A stretch of DNA of 64,000 nt from the NCBI GenBank assembly GCA_965232515.1, contig CBDDPY010000002.1, positions 4,480,001 to 4,544,000 on the forward strand. Direction: 5' to 3'. Each line of letters starts with the position of its first letter. The first letter of the stretch is position 1. The position numbers were made by a program, and so were the translations under genes. The notes under the pieces are model-generated. The model was not told where the DNA came from, made no database searches, and saw only the letters and a list, made by a program, of their open reading frames with translations. Shown piece by piece: positions 29,234-40,211 of this stretch. The DNA comes from Alphaproteobacteria bacterium. Lineage in GTDB: Bacteria; Pseudomonadota; Alphaproteobacteria; GCA-2731375.

Positions 29234-30274
29234 CTACATCGACAGGTTGGCCAGGGACTTGGCCTGGTCGCCGACCTTCATCCGCATCTCCTCGGGCAGC
29301 GGGATCAGGCCCTTGTCCGCGAGATATCCGTCCGGACCCCAGGCCCGGTCGGCGGTGAACTCGGCCACATACTCCTTGATGCCCGGGATGACGCCGACAT
29401 GCGCCTTCTTGACGTAGAAGTACATCGAGCGCGACACGCCGTACTCGCCGTCGGCGATGTTGTCGAAGGTCGGCTCGGTGCCGTCGATCTTGGCGCCCTG
29501 GATCTTGTCGGAGTTCTGGTCCAGGAAGCTGAAGCCGAAGATGCCGAAGGCATTCGGATTGGCCTCCAGCTTCTGCACGATCAGGTTGTCGTTCTCGCCG
29601 GCCTCGATGAAGGCGCCGTCTTCACGAATGCTGTGGGCGACGGCCTTGAACTTCTTCTTGTCGGCTTTGCGCATGGCGGCCAGCATCTCGATCTTCTTGG
29701 CGCCGCCCTCCATGGCCAGTTCCAGGAACGCGTCGCGCGTGCCCGACGTCGGCGGCGGGCCCAGGACCTCGATCTTGATGGCCGGCAGTGACGCATCGAC
29801 GTCCTTCCAGGTCATGTAGGGGTTCGCGACCAGCTTGCCGTCGACCGGCACCTGCTTGGCCAGCGCCCGGAACACCTGTTCCTTGGTCAGCGTCATCTGC
29901 TGTCCCGACTTCGAGTTGCCGAGCACGATGCCGTCAAAACCGATCTTGACCTCGACGATATCAGTGACGCCGTTCTTGGCGCAGCTCTCGACTTCGGAGC
30001 TCTTGATCCGCCGCGAGGCGTTGGTGATGTCTGGATGCTCGATGCCGACGCCGGCGCAGAACAGCTTCAGGCCGCCGCCCGAGCCGGTGCTCTCGACCAC
30101 CGGGGTCTTGAAGCTGGAGGTCTTGCCGAACTGCTCGGCGACCGCCGTGGAAAACGGAAACACGGTGGACGATCCGACGATGCGGATCTGGTCGCGCGCC
30201 TGCGCCGCACCGGTCAGCAACGCCGTTGCCGCGGCGATGGCAATGATGCCGGAAGCGCTTGTCATACGGGTCAT
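29234..30274 (-). CDS. pstS: Phosphate-binding periplasmic protein
   Basis: RDQIRIVGSSTVFPF, ESTGSGGG.K.FC, GPPPTSGTRDAF. Confidence 0.95.
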   Translation of the reverse strand: MTRMTSASGIIAIAAATALLTGAAQARDQIRIVGSSTVFPFSTAVAEQFGKTSSFKTPVVESTGSGGGLKLFCAGVGIEHPDITNASRRIKSSEVESCAKNGVTDIVEVKIGFDGIVLGNSKSGQQMTLTKEQVFRALAKQVPVDGKLVANPYMTWKDVDASLPAIKIEVLGPPPTSGTRDAFLELAMEGGAKKIEMLAAMRKADKKKFKAVAHSIREDGAFIEAGENDNLIVQKLEANPNAFGIFGFSFLDQNSDKIQGAKIDGTEPTFDNIADGEYGVSRSMYFYVKKAHVGVIPGIKEYVAEFTADRAWGPDGYLADKGLIPLPEEMRMKVGDQAKSLANLSM

Positions 30275-30404
30275 GGGAGAAGTCTCCTCGAGGATTTGAC
30301 GGGCTTGGATGTCATCAATTGAACGTCATCACGATCGACCTTCGCTTCACAGCCAGCAGGCTCGCGGTGCCAGGCGATCACCATTGCCGGCATAAGGCGT
30401 GACG

Positions 30405-30444
30405 GCGACAAATGTATGAAATTCGTGTTGCAGTTTAATGACAG
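30405..30444 (-). promoter_or_regulatory. Pho box array, four 11-bp-period units upstream of pstS
   Basis: Minus strand CTGTCAT-TAAA-CTGCAAC-ACGA-ATTTCAT-ACAT-TTGTCGC. Confidence 0.8.
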
Positions 30445-30486
30445 AGATCAAGGCGGTCCGGGAAGATGCCCGGAAATCAGCCAATC

Positions 30487-31875
30487 TCAGACTGGCGCGG
30501 CCGGCAAGTAGATGGTGAACGCGCTGCCCTCGCCTGGCCGCGAGTCGATGGTCAGGACGCCGCGATGCCGATTGACGATATGCTTAACGATGGCCAGCCC
30601 CAGACCGGTGCCGCCGAGCTCGCGGCTGCGCGCCGTATCGACCCGATAGAATCGTTCGGTCAGCCGCGGCAGATGTTCCCGCGCGATCCCGGGCCCCTGG
30701 TCCTGGATGCGAATCATCAGTGCGTTCTCGCGGTCGGTAATGCCGGGCAGCGCCCGGTCCGCGCGCGCGGCCTCGATCCGCACCTCGCCCTCGCCGCCGT
30801 ATTTGATGGCATTGTCGACCAGGTTCTGCATGACCTGTTCCAGCTCGTTGATGTCGCCCAGCGCCGCGGGCAGATCGTCCGCCATGGCGACATCGACGTT
30901 CACATTGGCGGCATCCGCCTTCAGTGTCAGACCGTCGGTCACGCGATCGATCACCGCCCGCAGGTCGACGGTACCGGTTGGCGGCGTGTGCTCGTTCAGC
31001 TCGATCCGACTGAGCGACAGCAGATCCTCGACCAGCCGCGTCATGCGGGTCGATTGCGTCGCCATGATCTGCAGAAACCGGTCGATCGCCTCATCGTCGT
31101 CGCGCCCGGGACCCTGCAAGGTCTCGATGCAGCCGCTCAAGGTCGCCAGAGGCGTGCGGATCTCGTGACTGGCATTGGCGACGAAATCGGCGCGCATCTG
31201 TTCGGTGCGGCGCTGTTCGGTGAAGTCGCGCAGCGACAGCACGACATGGGTGCCGTCGAGCGCCGGCTGCGGCAGCCGCACGACCCGGCAGGCGAACTCC
31301 CGCTCGACCGGCGACGGCAGGCTGAATTCGACGGACTGCGACACCGCGCCGTCCAGCACCATGTCGACGGCCTCCTGCACGGGTGGGCTGCGCAGAACCT
31401 GGGTCAGCGACCGTCCGTCGATGCCGTCGCCAAACAGATCGCGCGCGGCCCGGTTGGTTCGCGTGATCGAGCGTTCGTCGCTCAACTGCAGTACCGGGTC
31501 CGGCAGCGCGTCCAGCACCGCCGTTGCCAGCATGCCGGCATCCTCCGCCGTCGCGGTCAATGCCTCCAGGCGCCGCTGCAGCCGGATACCGACGGTCTCC
31601 ATCTCCTCGCCGCCGACGATCGACGTCAGGCGTGGCGCGGTGGCGGGTTCGCCGTCGGCAATCCGGCCGAAGAAGCTGCCGGCTTCGGCGATGTCGTTCA
31701 ACGATCGCCACAGCATCACGGCCATGCCGGCCGTCGCGATCAGCCAAAGGCCGATCGCCGGTCCCAGGCCGATCTGGCCGGTGAACAGCAAGGCGATGGC
31801 CGCGCCCGCCAACGGCGTCGACAGGGCGAGCGCCGACAGGACCGCGCGCGTGGCGAGTGGTTTCGGCCGATACAA
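30487..31875 (-). CDS. phoR: Phosphate regulon sensor kinase
   Basis: RADFVANASHEIRTPL, RLTERFYRVD..RSR..GGTGLGL; TTG start with GGAG RBS. Confidence 0.92.
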   Translation of the reverse strand: MYRPKPLATRAVLSALALSTPLAGAAIALLFTGQIGLGPAIGLWLIATAGMAVMLWRSLNDIAEAGSFFGRIADGEPATAPRLTSIVGGEEMETVGIRLQRRLEALTATAEDAGMLATAVLDALPDPVLQLSDERSITRTNRAARDLFGDGIDGRSLTQVLRSPPVQEAVDMVLDGAVSQSVEFSLPSPVEREFACRVVRLPQPALDGTHVVLSLRDFTEQRRTEQMRADFVANASHEIRTPLATLSGCIETLQGPGRDDDEAIDRFLQIMATQSTRMTRLVEDLLSLSRIELNEHTPPTGTVDLRAVIDRVTDGLTLKADAANVNVDVAMADDLPAALGDINELEQVMQNLVDNAIKYGGEGEVRIEAARADRALPGITDRENALMIRIQDQGPGIAREHLPRLTERFYRVDTARSRELGGTGLGLAIVKHIVNRHRGVLTIDSRPGEGSAFTIYLPAAPV

Positions 31876-31987
31876 GCTGCGCTCCTGCCGCTCATCCGTT
31901 GAGGAACAGATGCGCCCAGAATTGGCCGATCGTTACAGACCGGTCAATGTCGGAACGCGTTGAGGTCGCATTTCCCGCGCCGAACCG

Positions 31988-34288
31988 TCAGCGACCGGCT
32001 TCATGCGCCGCCAGCGCCGCCATGTTGACGAGGTCGGTCGCCGTGGCGCCCATATCGACGATCTGTACCGGTTTCGACAGGCCAACCAGGATTGGCCCGA
32101 TGACGACGCCACCGCCCAACTCCTGGATCAGCTTCGGCGAAATATTCGCCGAATGCAGGGCCGGAAAGATCAGCACGTTGGCGGCTCCCGACAGCCGTGA
32201 GAACGGATAGATGTCTCGCAGGTCGGGGTTCAGCGCGACGTCGGGCGACATTTCGCCGTCATACTCGAAATCCACCGTCCGGCTGTCCAGCAGCGATACC
32301 GCGTCGCGCACACGCTGGGCCGTGTCCCACATCGGGTTGCCGAAGTTGGAGTAAGACAGCATGGCGACGCGCGGCTCGTGGCCCAGGCGCCGCGCCTCGT
32401 GCGCGGTCTGAACGGCGATGTCGGCCAGCTCCACCGCGGTCGGCAGCTCATGTACGGTGGTGTCGGCCACCAGCACGGTGTGTCCGCGGGCGATGATGAT
32501 CGACATGCCGAACAGGCGTCGTCCCGGCTTCGTATCGATTACCCGGCGCACTTCCTCGGTGACCACGTTGTAGCTGCGGGTCAGGCCGCTGACCATGCCG
32601 TCGGCGTCACCCAGCTCGACCATGCAGGCCGCGAAGATATTGCGGTCCTGGTTGACCATGCGCTGGCAATCGCGGCGCAGCACGCCGCGGCGTTGCAGGC
32701 GTTCGTACAGGAAGTCGGTGTAGCGCTGGTTGTGGTGACTGATCCGGGCATTGTGGATTTCCAGGCCCTCGGCGTTCTGCACGCCGATCGCCGCCATGGT
32801 TTCCTGGATGCGATGCTCGCGCCCGACCAGGACAGGCGTGCCGTAGCCGGAATCGCGGTAGCTCATGGCGGCCCGAATGACCGGCTCCTCCTCGCCCTCG
32901 GCGAAGACGATGCGTTTCGGATTGGCCCGGACCTGGTCGAAGATCAGCTGCAGCGAGCTCGCCGTCGGGTCGAGCCGGGCCTGCAGCTCGACATGGTAGG
33001 CGGCCTCGTCATCGATTTTGCGCTGCGCGACGCCGGTCTCGATCGCGGCCTTGGCCACGGCCATGGGCACATAGCTGATCAGTCGCGGATCGAACGGCGC
33101 CGGAATGATGTATTGCGGGCCGTATTGCATGCGGTTGCCGCCATAGGCCGCGGCGACTTCGTCCGGCACGTCCTGCCGCGCCAGCTCGGCCAACGCGCGG
33201 GCCGCGGCGACCTTCATCTCGTTGTTGATCGTGGTGGCCCGCACGTCCAGCGCGCCGCGGAAGATGTATGGGAATCCGAGTACGTTGTTGACCTGGTTCG
33301 GATAGTCCGAACGTCCGGTGGCGACGATCGCGTCGCCGCGCACGTCCGCGACCTCCTCGGGCGTGACCTCGGGGTCCGGATTGGCCATGGCGAAGATGAT
33401 CGGCTTGCTCGCCATCGACGACACCATGTCGCGGTCGACCGCGCCCTTGACCGACAGACCGAAGAACGCGTCGGCGCCGGCCAGCGCCTCGGCAAGCGTG
33501 CGCGCGTCGGTCTCGACGGCATGTGCCGACTTCCACTGGTTCATGCCGGCTTCGCGGCCGCGATAGATCACACCGCGCGTGTCGCACATGACCACGTTGT
33601 GGGGTGGAAAGCCCATGGCCTTCAACAATTCGGCGCAGGCAACGCCGGCCGAGCCGGCGCCGTTGATCACCAGTCGGGTCGCATCCATGCTGCGGCCGGT
33701 CAGGTCCATCGCGTTGATCAGGCCGGCGGCGGCGATGATCGCCGTGCCGTGCTGGTCGTCGTGGAAGATCGGGATGTCCATCAGCTCGCGCAGACGCTCC
33801 TCGATGATGAAGCAGTCCGGCGCCCGGATGTCTTCCAGATTGATGCCGCCGAAGCTGGGCCCCAGGAAGCGCACGCAGTTGACGAACTCGTCGACGTCCT
33901 CGGTATCGATCTCCAGATCGATGGAGTCGACGTCGGCGAACCGCTTGAACAGCACGGCCTTGCCTTCCATCACCGGCTTGCCGCCAAGCGCGCCGATATT
34001 GCCGAGGCCGAGCACCGCGGTGCCGTTCGAGATCACGGCGACCATATTGCCCCTGCTGGTGTAGTCGTAGGCGAGCGCTGGATCGTCCTCGATGCGCAGG
34101 CAGGGCGCGGCGACGCCCGGCGAGTAGGCGAGCGACAGATCGCGCTGTGTCGCCATCGGCTTGGTCGGCGTGATCTCCAGCTTGCCCGGCCGGCCCATGG
34201 CATGGAAGTGAAGCGCCTCCTCGTTCGTATAGTCGTTCTTGTTGTTCTTCTTCTTGGCGCCTGATTTCGGTTTTGATCGATCGCTCAT
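31988..34288 (-). CDS. maeB: NADP-dependent malic enzyme with PTA-like domain
   Basis: LSLAYSPGVA, KPVMEGK, FHDDQHGTA, TGRSDYPNQVNN, FAEGEE. Confidence 0.95.
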   Translation of the reverse strand: MSDRSKPKSGAKKKNNKNDYTNEEALHFHAMGRPGKLEITPTKPMATQRDLSLAYSPGVAAPCLRIEDDPALAYDYTSRGNMVAVISNGTAVLGLGNIGALGGKPVMEGKAVLFKRFADVDSIDLEIDTEDVDEFVNCVRFLGPSFGGINLEDIRAPDCFIIEERLRELMDIPIFHDDQHGTAIIAAAGLINAMDLTGRSMDATRLVINGAGSAGVACAELLKAMGFPPHNVVMCDTRGVIYRGREAGMNQWKSAHAVETDARTLAEALAGADAFFGLSVKGAVDRDMVSSMASKPIIFAMANPDPEVTPEEVADVRGDAIVATGRSDYPNQVNNVLGFPYIFRGALDVRATTINNEMKVAAARALAELARQDVPDEVAAAYGGNRMQYGPQYIIPAPFDPRLISYVPMAVAKAAIETGVAQRKIDDEAAYHVELQARLDPTASSLQLIFDQVRANPKRIVFAEGEEEPVIRAAMSYRDSGYGTPVLVGREHRIQETMAAIGVQNAEGLEIHNARISHHNQRYTDFLYERLQRRGVLRRDCQRMVNQDRNIFAACMVELGDADGMVSGLTRSYNVVTEEVRRVIDTKPGRRLFGMSIIIARGHTVLVADTTVHELPTAVELADIAVQTAHEARRLGHEPRVAMLSYSNFGNPMWDTAQRVRDAVSLLDSRTVDFEYDGEMSPDVALNPDLRDIYPFSRLSGAANVLIFPALHSANISPKLIQELGGGVVIGPILVGLSKPVQIVDMGATATDLVNMAALAAHEAGR

Positions 34289-34462
34289 GGCATTATGGCG
34301 GGTTGCCCCGCCATTCCCTCGAAACGCTGCTGCCCGACCCAGCGGACGTCGCCTGCTGTTTTGCGGCTAGTGGCCGTGTGGCCAAGACCCTCCACGAGGA
34401 TCGAAGGCTAGCACACTTCATCGGCTTGCCCAGTGCCGATCTGGCTGCGATAACCTCGCCCG

Positions 34463-37141
34463 ATGACCGCCGCGACCGTCGATAAGAACGTCACGCCGAT
34501 GATGGCGCAATACCTCGCCATCAAGTCGGCGCACGACGACTGTCTGCTGTTCTATCGGATGGGCGATTTCTACGAATTGTTCTTCGATGACGCGGTGCAG
34601 GCGGCCGAGGCACTCGACATTACGCTGACCAAGCGCGGCCGGCACAACGGCGGCGACATCCCCATGTGCGGCGTGCCGGTGCACGCGGCCGAAACCTATC
34701 TGTCGCGGCTTATCCGCAAGGGCTTCCGCGTCGCCGTCTGCGAACAGACCGAGGATCCGGCCGCCGCCAAGAAACGCGGCGCCAAATCGGTGGTGCGACG
34801 CGAGGTCGTTCGTCTGGTCACGCCCGGCACGCTGACCGAGGACGCGCTGCTCGACGCCCGCGCGCACAATTATCTGGCGGCGGTCGCCCGGGCCCAGGAT
34901 CGGCTGGCGCTGGCCTGGCTCGACATGTCGACGGGCGATTTTTCGCTTGGCCAGACGGATGCCAATGCGCTTGCCGCAGACCTCGCGCGGCTCGATCCGG
35001 TCGAGGTCCTGGTCGCCGACAACATTGTTGCCGCGCCGCCCTACGATGCCGCGCTCGCCGACTGGCAGGCCGTGCTGACACCGCAACCGGCGGCGCGCTT
35101 CGACAGCCAGGCGGGCGAGCGGCGCCTGAAGGAATTGTTCAACGTCGCGGCCCTCGATGGCTTCGGCAGCTTCGGCCGGGCCGAACTTGCGGCGGCGGGG
35201 GCGTTGGTCACCTATGTCGAGCTGACCCAAAAGGGCCGGCTGCCGCGGCTGAAGCCGCCGGTGTCAATCGCCGCCGGTGCGGTGATGGCCATCGACGGCG
35301 CCACCCGACGCAATCTCGAGCTGACCCGGACCCTGTCGGGCGACCGCACGGGCAGCCTGTTGAGCGTGGTCGACCGTACCGTGACCGGCAGCGGCGCCCG
35401 CCTGCTGGCGGCCTGGCTGAGCGCGCCGCTGGCCGATCCGGCGGCGATCAACCGGCGGCTCGATATGGTTCAGTATTTCAAAGACGATGCCGGCCTGCGC
35501 GACGATCTGCGCCGGGCGCTGCGACGGGCGCCTGATGTCGAGCGGGCGCTGATGCGGCTGACGCTCGGACGCGGCGGACCACGGGATCTGGCCGCCGTGC
35601 GCGAGGGCTTGCGGATCGCCGGCGAGGTTCGCGACCGGTTGGCGCATGCCGGCCTGGCGCCGCCACCGGCCGGCGTCGCCGAGGCGGTCGACGGTTTGGA
35701 CGGCCATACGGCGCTGATCGGCCTGTTGGATGCGGCGTTGGCGGACGAGTTGCCGTTGTCGGCGCGGGACGGCGGCTTTGTCGCCGCCGGCTATGACGCC
35801 GGCCTGGACGAGCAGCGGGCGCTTCGTGACAAAAGCCGCCGCCTGATCGCCGGCCTCGAAAACCGATACCGCGAGCAGTCCGGGATCGATGCGTTGAAAG
35901 TCCGTCACAACAATGTGCTCGGCTACTACCTTGAGGTCTCGGCCCGGCGGGCCGAGCCGCTGACCACGGCGCCGCTGAACGAGACTTTTATCCATCGCCA
36001 GACAATGGCGAACGCCATGCGGTTTTCGACCACCGAGCTTGCGGAACTGGAAGATCGCATCGGCCGGGCCGCGGATCGGGCGCTGGCGCTTGAGGCCGAG
36101 ATATTCGAGCATCTGGTCGGCGAGGTTGCGGCGGTGGCCGACGCCGTGGCCCGCACCGCGCAGTCGCTGGCCCGACTAGACGTCGCCGCGGCGAATGCCG
36201 AGCTGGCGGCGGTGCAGCGCCATGTGCGGCCCGATGTCGACGACACGACAGCGTTTCGCATCGATGCCGGCCGGCATCCCGTTGTCGAAGCGGCGTTGGC
36301 GGCACGGCGGGAGGGCCCGTTCGTCGCCAACGACTGCGACCTTGACCGCGCCCGCCGCGTTTGGCTGCTGACCGGGCCGAATATGGCGGGCAAAAGCACG
36401 TTCCTGCGCCAGAACGCCCTGATCGCGGTATTGGCGCAAAGCGGCGCCTTCGTGCCCGCCGCATCCGCCCATATCGGTGTCGTCGACCGGCTGTTCAGCC
36501 GGGTCGGCGCCGCAGACGATCTGGCGCGCGGCCGTTCCACTTTCATGGTCGAGATGATCGAGACGGCGGCGATCCTGAACCAGGCCGGCCCGCGCTCGCT
36601 GGTGATCCTGGACGAGATCGGACGCGGCACCGCGACCTTCGACGGCCTCTCGATCGCCTGGGCGACGATCGAGCACTTGCATGAGGTGAACGCGTGCCGG
36701 GCGCTGTTCGCGACGCATTATCATGAGCTGACGGCGTTGTCGGGCAAGCTCGACGGCCTGACAACTCGGACCATGCGCGTCAAGGAATGGGAAGGCGACG
36801 TCGTGTTCCTGCACGAAGTGGCCCAGGGGGCGGCCGACCGGTCCTATGGCATTCAGGTGGCCAAACTGGCCGGCTTGCCAGAGGCGGTCCTGGCCCGCGC
36901 CGAAGAGGTGCTGGCGGCGCTGGAGCGCGGCGAAACCAGTGGCGAGGCGGCCGCGGCGCGGTTGGCCGACGATCTGCCGCTGTTCAGCGCGGCCCGCCCG
37001 GCGGCGGGAACGACAAGCAGAAAACCCTCTTTGGTTGAACAGACGCTGGCGGAAATCAGACCTGACGAACTGTCGCCACGCCAAGCGTTGGAACTGATTT
37101 ACCAACTGAAATCGCTTGTAGAAGACGAGTCGAACTGTTAA
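34463..37141 (+). CDS. mutS: DNA mismatch repair protein MutS
   Basis: [42 protein letters not shown]. Confidence 0.98.
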   Translation: MTAATVDKNVTPMMAQYLAIKSAHDDCLLFYRMGDFYELFFDDAVQAAEALDITLTKRGRHNGGDIPMCGVPVHAAETYLSRLIRKGFRVAVCEQTEDPAAAKKRGAKSVVRREVVRLVTPGTLTEDALLDARAHNYLAAVARAQDRLALAWLDMSTGDFSLGQTDANALAADLARLDPVEVLVADNIVAAPPYDAALADWQAVLTPQPAARFDSQAGERRLKELFNVAALDGFGSFGRAELAAAGALVTYVELTQKGRLPRLKPPVSIAAGAVMAIDGATRRNLELTRTLSGDRTGSLLSVVDRTVTGSGARLLAAWLSAPLADPAAINRRLDMVQYFKDDAGLRDDLRRALRRAPDVERALMRLTLGRGGPRDLAAVREGLRIAGEVRDRLAHAGLAPPPAGVAEAVDGLDGHTALIGLLDAALADELPLSARDGGFVAAGYDAGLDEQRALRDKSRRLIAGLENRYREQSGIDALKVRHNNVLGYYLEVSARRAEPLTTAPLNETFIHRQTMANAMRFSTTELAELEDRIGRAADRALALEAEIFEHLVGEVAAVADAVARTAQSLARLDVAAANAELAAVQRHVRPDVDDTTAFRIDAGRHPVVEAALAARREGPFVANDCDLDRARRVWLLTGPNMAGKSTFLRQNALIAVLAQSGAFVPAASAHIGVVDRLFSRVGAADDLARGRSTFMVEMIETAAILNQAGPRSLVILDEIGRGTATFDGLSIAWATIEHLHEVNACRALFATHYHELTALSGKLDGLTTRTMRVKEWEGDVVFLHEVAQGAADRSYGIQVAKLAGLPEAVLARAEEVLAALERGETSGEAAAARLADDLPLFSAARPAAGTTSRKPSLVEQTLAEIRPDELSPRQALELIYQLKSLVEDESNC

Positions 37142-37283
37142 TCGGTCACCGCGTGTTCGTTCCTTGTTTGGTCTCAATTCATGAAATTTCGTCCTGAAAA
37201 ATTTTGTATCTACTCCGACTCGTAATTATTTCCCCGGTGAACTATCCTATGTACCGAGAGGGAGAGCGAAATAGGACGCGGTC

Positions 37284-37808
37284 ATGAGAGCGACGGCCCT
37301 GGTCCTGGCGCTGGCTCTGACGGGGTGCTTGCAGACGGATACGCCTACGGCGCAGGTCGCGGAACCGCCACCTGCCGATCCGCCGCGCGCGGTTATATTG
37401 GCGTTGCCGGAACCGGAGCTCGAGGCGCAAAAACCGCCGAAGGCGCCGCTACCTCGCGTGAAACCAGCACAGCCCGAGACAGGCGAGCAGGACGCGACCG
37501 AGGAGGTCGTGATCGCCGATTCCGCGACCGCCGCCCTGCAGCCGCAGCCTGCCGAGTTGATCGGCCTGGAACCGACCCAAACGGTCGCGGTGCTGGGCGA
37601 ACCCTCGCTAAGACTTCAGGATCCACCAGCCCAGGTGTGGCAGTACAATGCCACTGAATGCACACTGCGACTGCACTTCTATCGGGACATAATTACGCAA
37701 CAGTTCCGGGCTCTGTCCTACGAAATCGAGAATACCGATACGGAGAACGTGGATGCCGAACGCCGCTGCCTTAACGACATCATTTCCGGGCGACGAGCAC
37801 AATCCTGA
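37284..37808 (+). CDS. Putative lipoprotein
   Basis: Lipobox LTGC; Pro-rich linker; LGEP...PAQVWQY...C.L.L.FY. Confidence 0.7.
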   Translation: MRATALVLALALTGCLQTDTPTAQVAEPPPADPPRAVILALPEPELEAQKPPKAPLPRVKPAQPETGEQDATEEVVIADSATAALQPQPAELIGLEPTQTVAVLGEPSLRLQDPPAQVWQYNATECTLRLHFYRDIITQQFRALSYEIENTDTENVDAERRCLNDIISGRRAQS

Positions 37809-38565
37809 ACCCGCGCAGGACAGCGCCGACATTCACGTCGTCCTGGTCGATGACGACGCGCTGTTCCGTGAGTCGCTGGGCCTGAACCTCGTCGACAGCG
37901 GATTCACGCTGAGCGAATTCAGCAACGGCGCCGACGCGCTCGATTATTTCGCCCAAGGCGGACGCGCCGACGTGATTCTGCTGGACTGGCGCATGCCGGG
38001 CCTGGACGGTCTGGAAGTGCTGCGCCGACTGCGCGAAGGCCGCATCGAGATTCCGGTGATCTTCCTGACCGTGATCGACGACGAGATCTACGAGGAAGCG
38101 GCGCTGGAAGGCGGCGCCGTCGATTTCATCGAGAAATCACGCCGCCTGTCGATTCTGATCAAACGCATTCAATTGATTGTCGAGGGCCGCAAATCCGCCG
38201 GCGAGGACGAGGAATTCGGCATCGCCGATGCCGCGATGCAAGGACAGGTGCAAAAATGGGGGGAACTGGAGCTCGACCACGAGTCCAAGCGTGCGCGTTG
38301 GCGCGGACAACCGGTCGGACTGACGTTAACGGAATTCAATATCGTCGCCAGCCTGGCCGAGAAGGCCGGCGTCGACGTGTCCTATCGCGAGATATACGAT
38401 CAAGTGCATACGCAGGGCTTCGTCGCGGGCACCGGGCCGGACGGTTATCGCGTAAACGTCCGCACCTTCATCAAGCGGATACGCGGTAAATTCAAACAGA
38501 TCGATGCAGGATTCGATCAGATTGAGAACTACGCCGGATTTGGCTACCGCTGGCGAGCCGACTGA
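37753..38565 (+). CDS. OmpR-family response regulator, ChvI-like
   Basis: LVDDD, LLDWRMP, LTLTEF, IKRIRGKF...D..FDQIENY.G.GYRW; start uncertain. Confidence 0.88.
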   Translation: MPNAAALTTSFPGDEHNPEPAQDSADIHVVLVDDDALFRESLGLNLVDSGFTLSEFSNGADALDYFAQGGRADVILLDWRMPGLDGLEVLRRLREGRIEIPVIFLTVIDDEIYEEAALEGGAVDFIEKSRRLSILIKRIQLIVEGRKSAGEDEEFGIADAAMQGQVQKWGELELDHESKRARWRGQPVGLTLTEFNIVASLAEKAGVDVSYREIYDQVHTQGFVAGTGPDGYRVNVRTFIKRIRGKFKQIDAGFDQIENYAGFGYRWRAD

Positions 38566-40105
38566 GCCGCCCGCGCCGTCTGGCGGGAGGATTCGCCGCG
38601 CCGTCGTTCTCATAACGCGGTCGCTGTTCACCAGGTTATTGCTGCTGGCGATCATTTTCGCGGCCGTTCCGGTCATTCTCTACACGCAGTTTCGCGACGC
38701 TTACGACGAGAACCAGAAACTGCTGGTGCAAAGCGTTCGCGAGCAGGGCCAGTTGATCTCGCGGGCGCTGCGCCCGCTGCTGTCGTCCGGCGAGGGCTCG
38801 AACCGAATGCCGTCGCCGACCGATCTGAGCGAGACCTTGTCGCGCCTTTCCGGCGGTAAGATCACGCTTCGCGTGCTGCTGCAGCCGGCGTCGGCCGCCG
38901 GCAGCGAGGAATTCTACTACGTCGCCGCGGCGCCCGCGGTCACGCCGGCCGATCTTGCCGTCGAGCGCGAGGAACTGGTCCGGCTGGGCGTGCTCGAGAA
39001 GCTGGCGCCGAGTTGTGCCGGCGGCATCGAGACCGCGCTGCGTTATCCGACGCAGGACGGCAGCGAGCAGGTCGTCACCTCGATTACGCCGCTGACCTCG
39101 CCGGCCGGCTGTTGGGTCGTGGTGACCTCGCATCCAACCAGCGTCTATTTCGAGCGCGGCATCGACAAGCCCTATTGGCATCGCCCGGAGGTCCGCACGG
39201 CGGCTGCGATCTACGGGCTGATGGCGCTGTCGGCCCTGGCCCTGTTCCTGGGCGTGCTGGGCGGCTTGCGGCGCTTCGGACGCATGGCCGAGCGGATCCG
39301 TGACACCGGCTCGGCGTTGCCGGCATTTGCGATCCAGAACCGCATTCCCGAGCTGTCGGGCGTCGCCCGCGAATTCGACCGCATGGTGGAGTCGCTGCAG
39401 AACTCCGCCCGCACCATGCGCCGGTCGGCGGAAGACAATGCGCATGCCTTCAAGACGCCGATCGCCATCATGCGGCAGAGCCTGGAGCCGTTGGAGCGGT
39501 CGATCCGTTGGGATGACGGTCGCGGGCGGCGGGCGCTGCAGATGATGGGCCAGGCGCTCGACCGGCTTGACCACCTGGTCTCGTTCGCCCGGCGGCTCGA
39601 CGAGACCGAGGCCGAGCTGGTGGTGCCGCCGCGCCAGCGGGTCGACCTGTCGTCCTCGCTGGACCGTCTGCTGACCGGCTATGCCGAGTTCATCAACGGC
39701 CGCGCCATCGTCATTGACCGGGCGCTGGAGAGCAATGTCTACGTCACGGCCGGCGAGGAATTGCTGGAGACGGTGGTTGAGAACGTCATGGACAACGCCC
39801 TCAGCTTCACGCCCGACGGCGGCGTGGTGAAGGTGGCGCTCAGCCGCAACGGCAAGAATGTTCGCCTCTGCGTCGAAGACACCGGTCCCGGCGTGCCCGA
39901 CGCCGACCTGAACCGGATCTTCGACCGCTATTTCTCGAGCCGCGAACGCGCGCCCTGCCGGCCCAATGGCGAGGACGACGATCACATGGGCATCGGACTG
40001 TGGATCGTCCGCCGCAACGTCGAGGCGATCGGCGGCAAGGTGGTCGCCGAAAACCGGGAATCGAACGGCCTGCGCATCACCGTGACCCTGCCGACGGCGG
40101 CCTAG
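38504..40105 (+). CDS. Membrane sensor histidine kinase with HAMP, ChvG-like
   Basis: Two TM segments, NAHAFKTP H-box, ENVMDNALSF, DTGPG, GIGL; start uncertain. Confidence 0.85.
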   Translation: MQDSIRLRTTPDLATAGEPTEPPAPSGGRIRRAVVLITRSLFTRLLLLAIIFAAVPVILYTQFRDAYDENQKLLVQSVREQGQLISRALRPLLSSGEGSNRMPSPTDLSETLSRLSGGKITLRVLLQPASAAGSEEFYYVAAAPAVTPADLAVEREELVRLGVLEKLAPSCAGGIETALRYPTQDGSEQVVTSITPLTSPAGCWVVVTSHPTSVYFERGIDKPYWHRPEVRTAAAIYGLMALSALALFLGVLGGLRRFGRMAERIRDTGSALPAFAIQNRIPELSGVAREFDRMVESLQNSARTMRRSAEDNAHAFKTPIAIMRQSLEPLERSIRWDDGRGRRALQMMGQALDRLDHLVSFARRLDETEAELVVPPRQRVDLSSSLDRLLTGYAEFINGRAIVIDRALESNVYVTAGEELLETVVENVMDNALSFTPDGGVVKVALSRNGKNVRLCVEDTGPGVPDADLNRIFDRYFSSRERAPCRPNGEDDDHMGIGLWIVRRNVEAIGGKVVAENRESNGLRITVTLPTAA

Positions 40106-40211
40106 CCCGGATTTCTTACCCCGGTCATGGCCAGGTCGTCGGGCGATCGGCTATGCTGCACTGCAAACCCGCGCGAGCAGTGCGCAACCCGGCAGACTAC
40201 GAGGAACCTCC

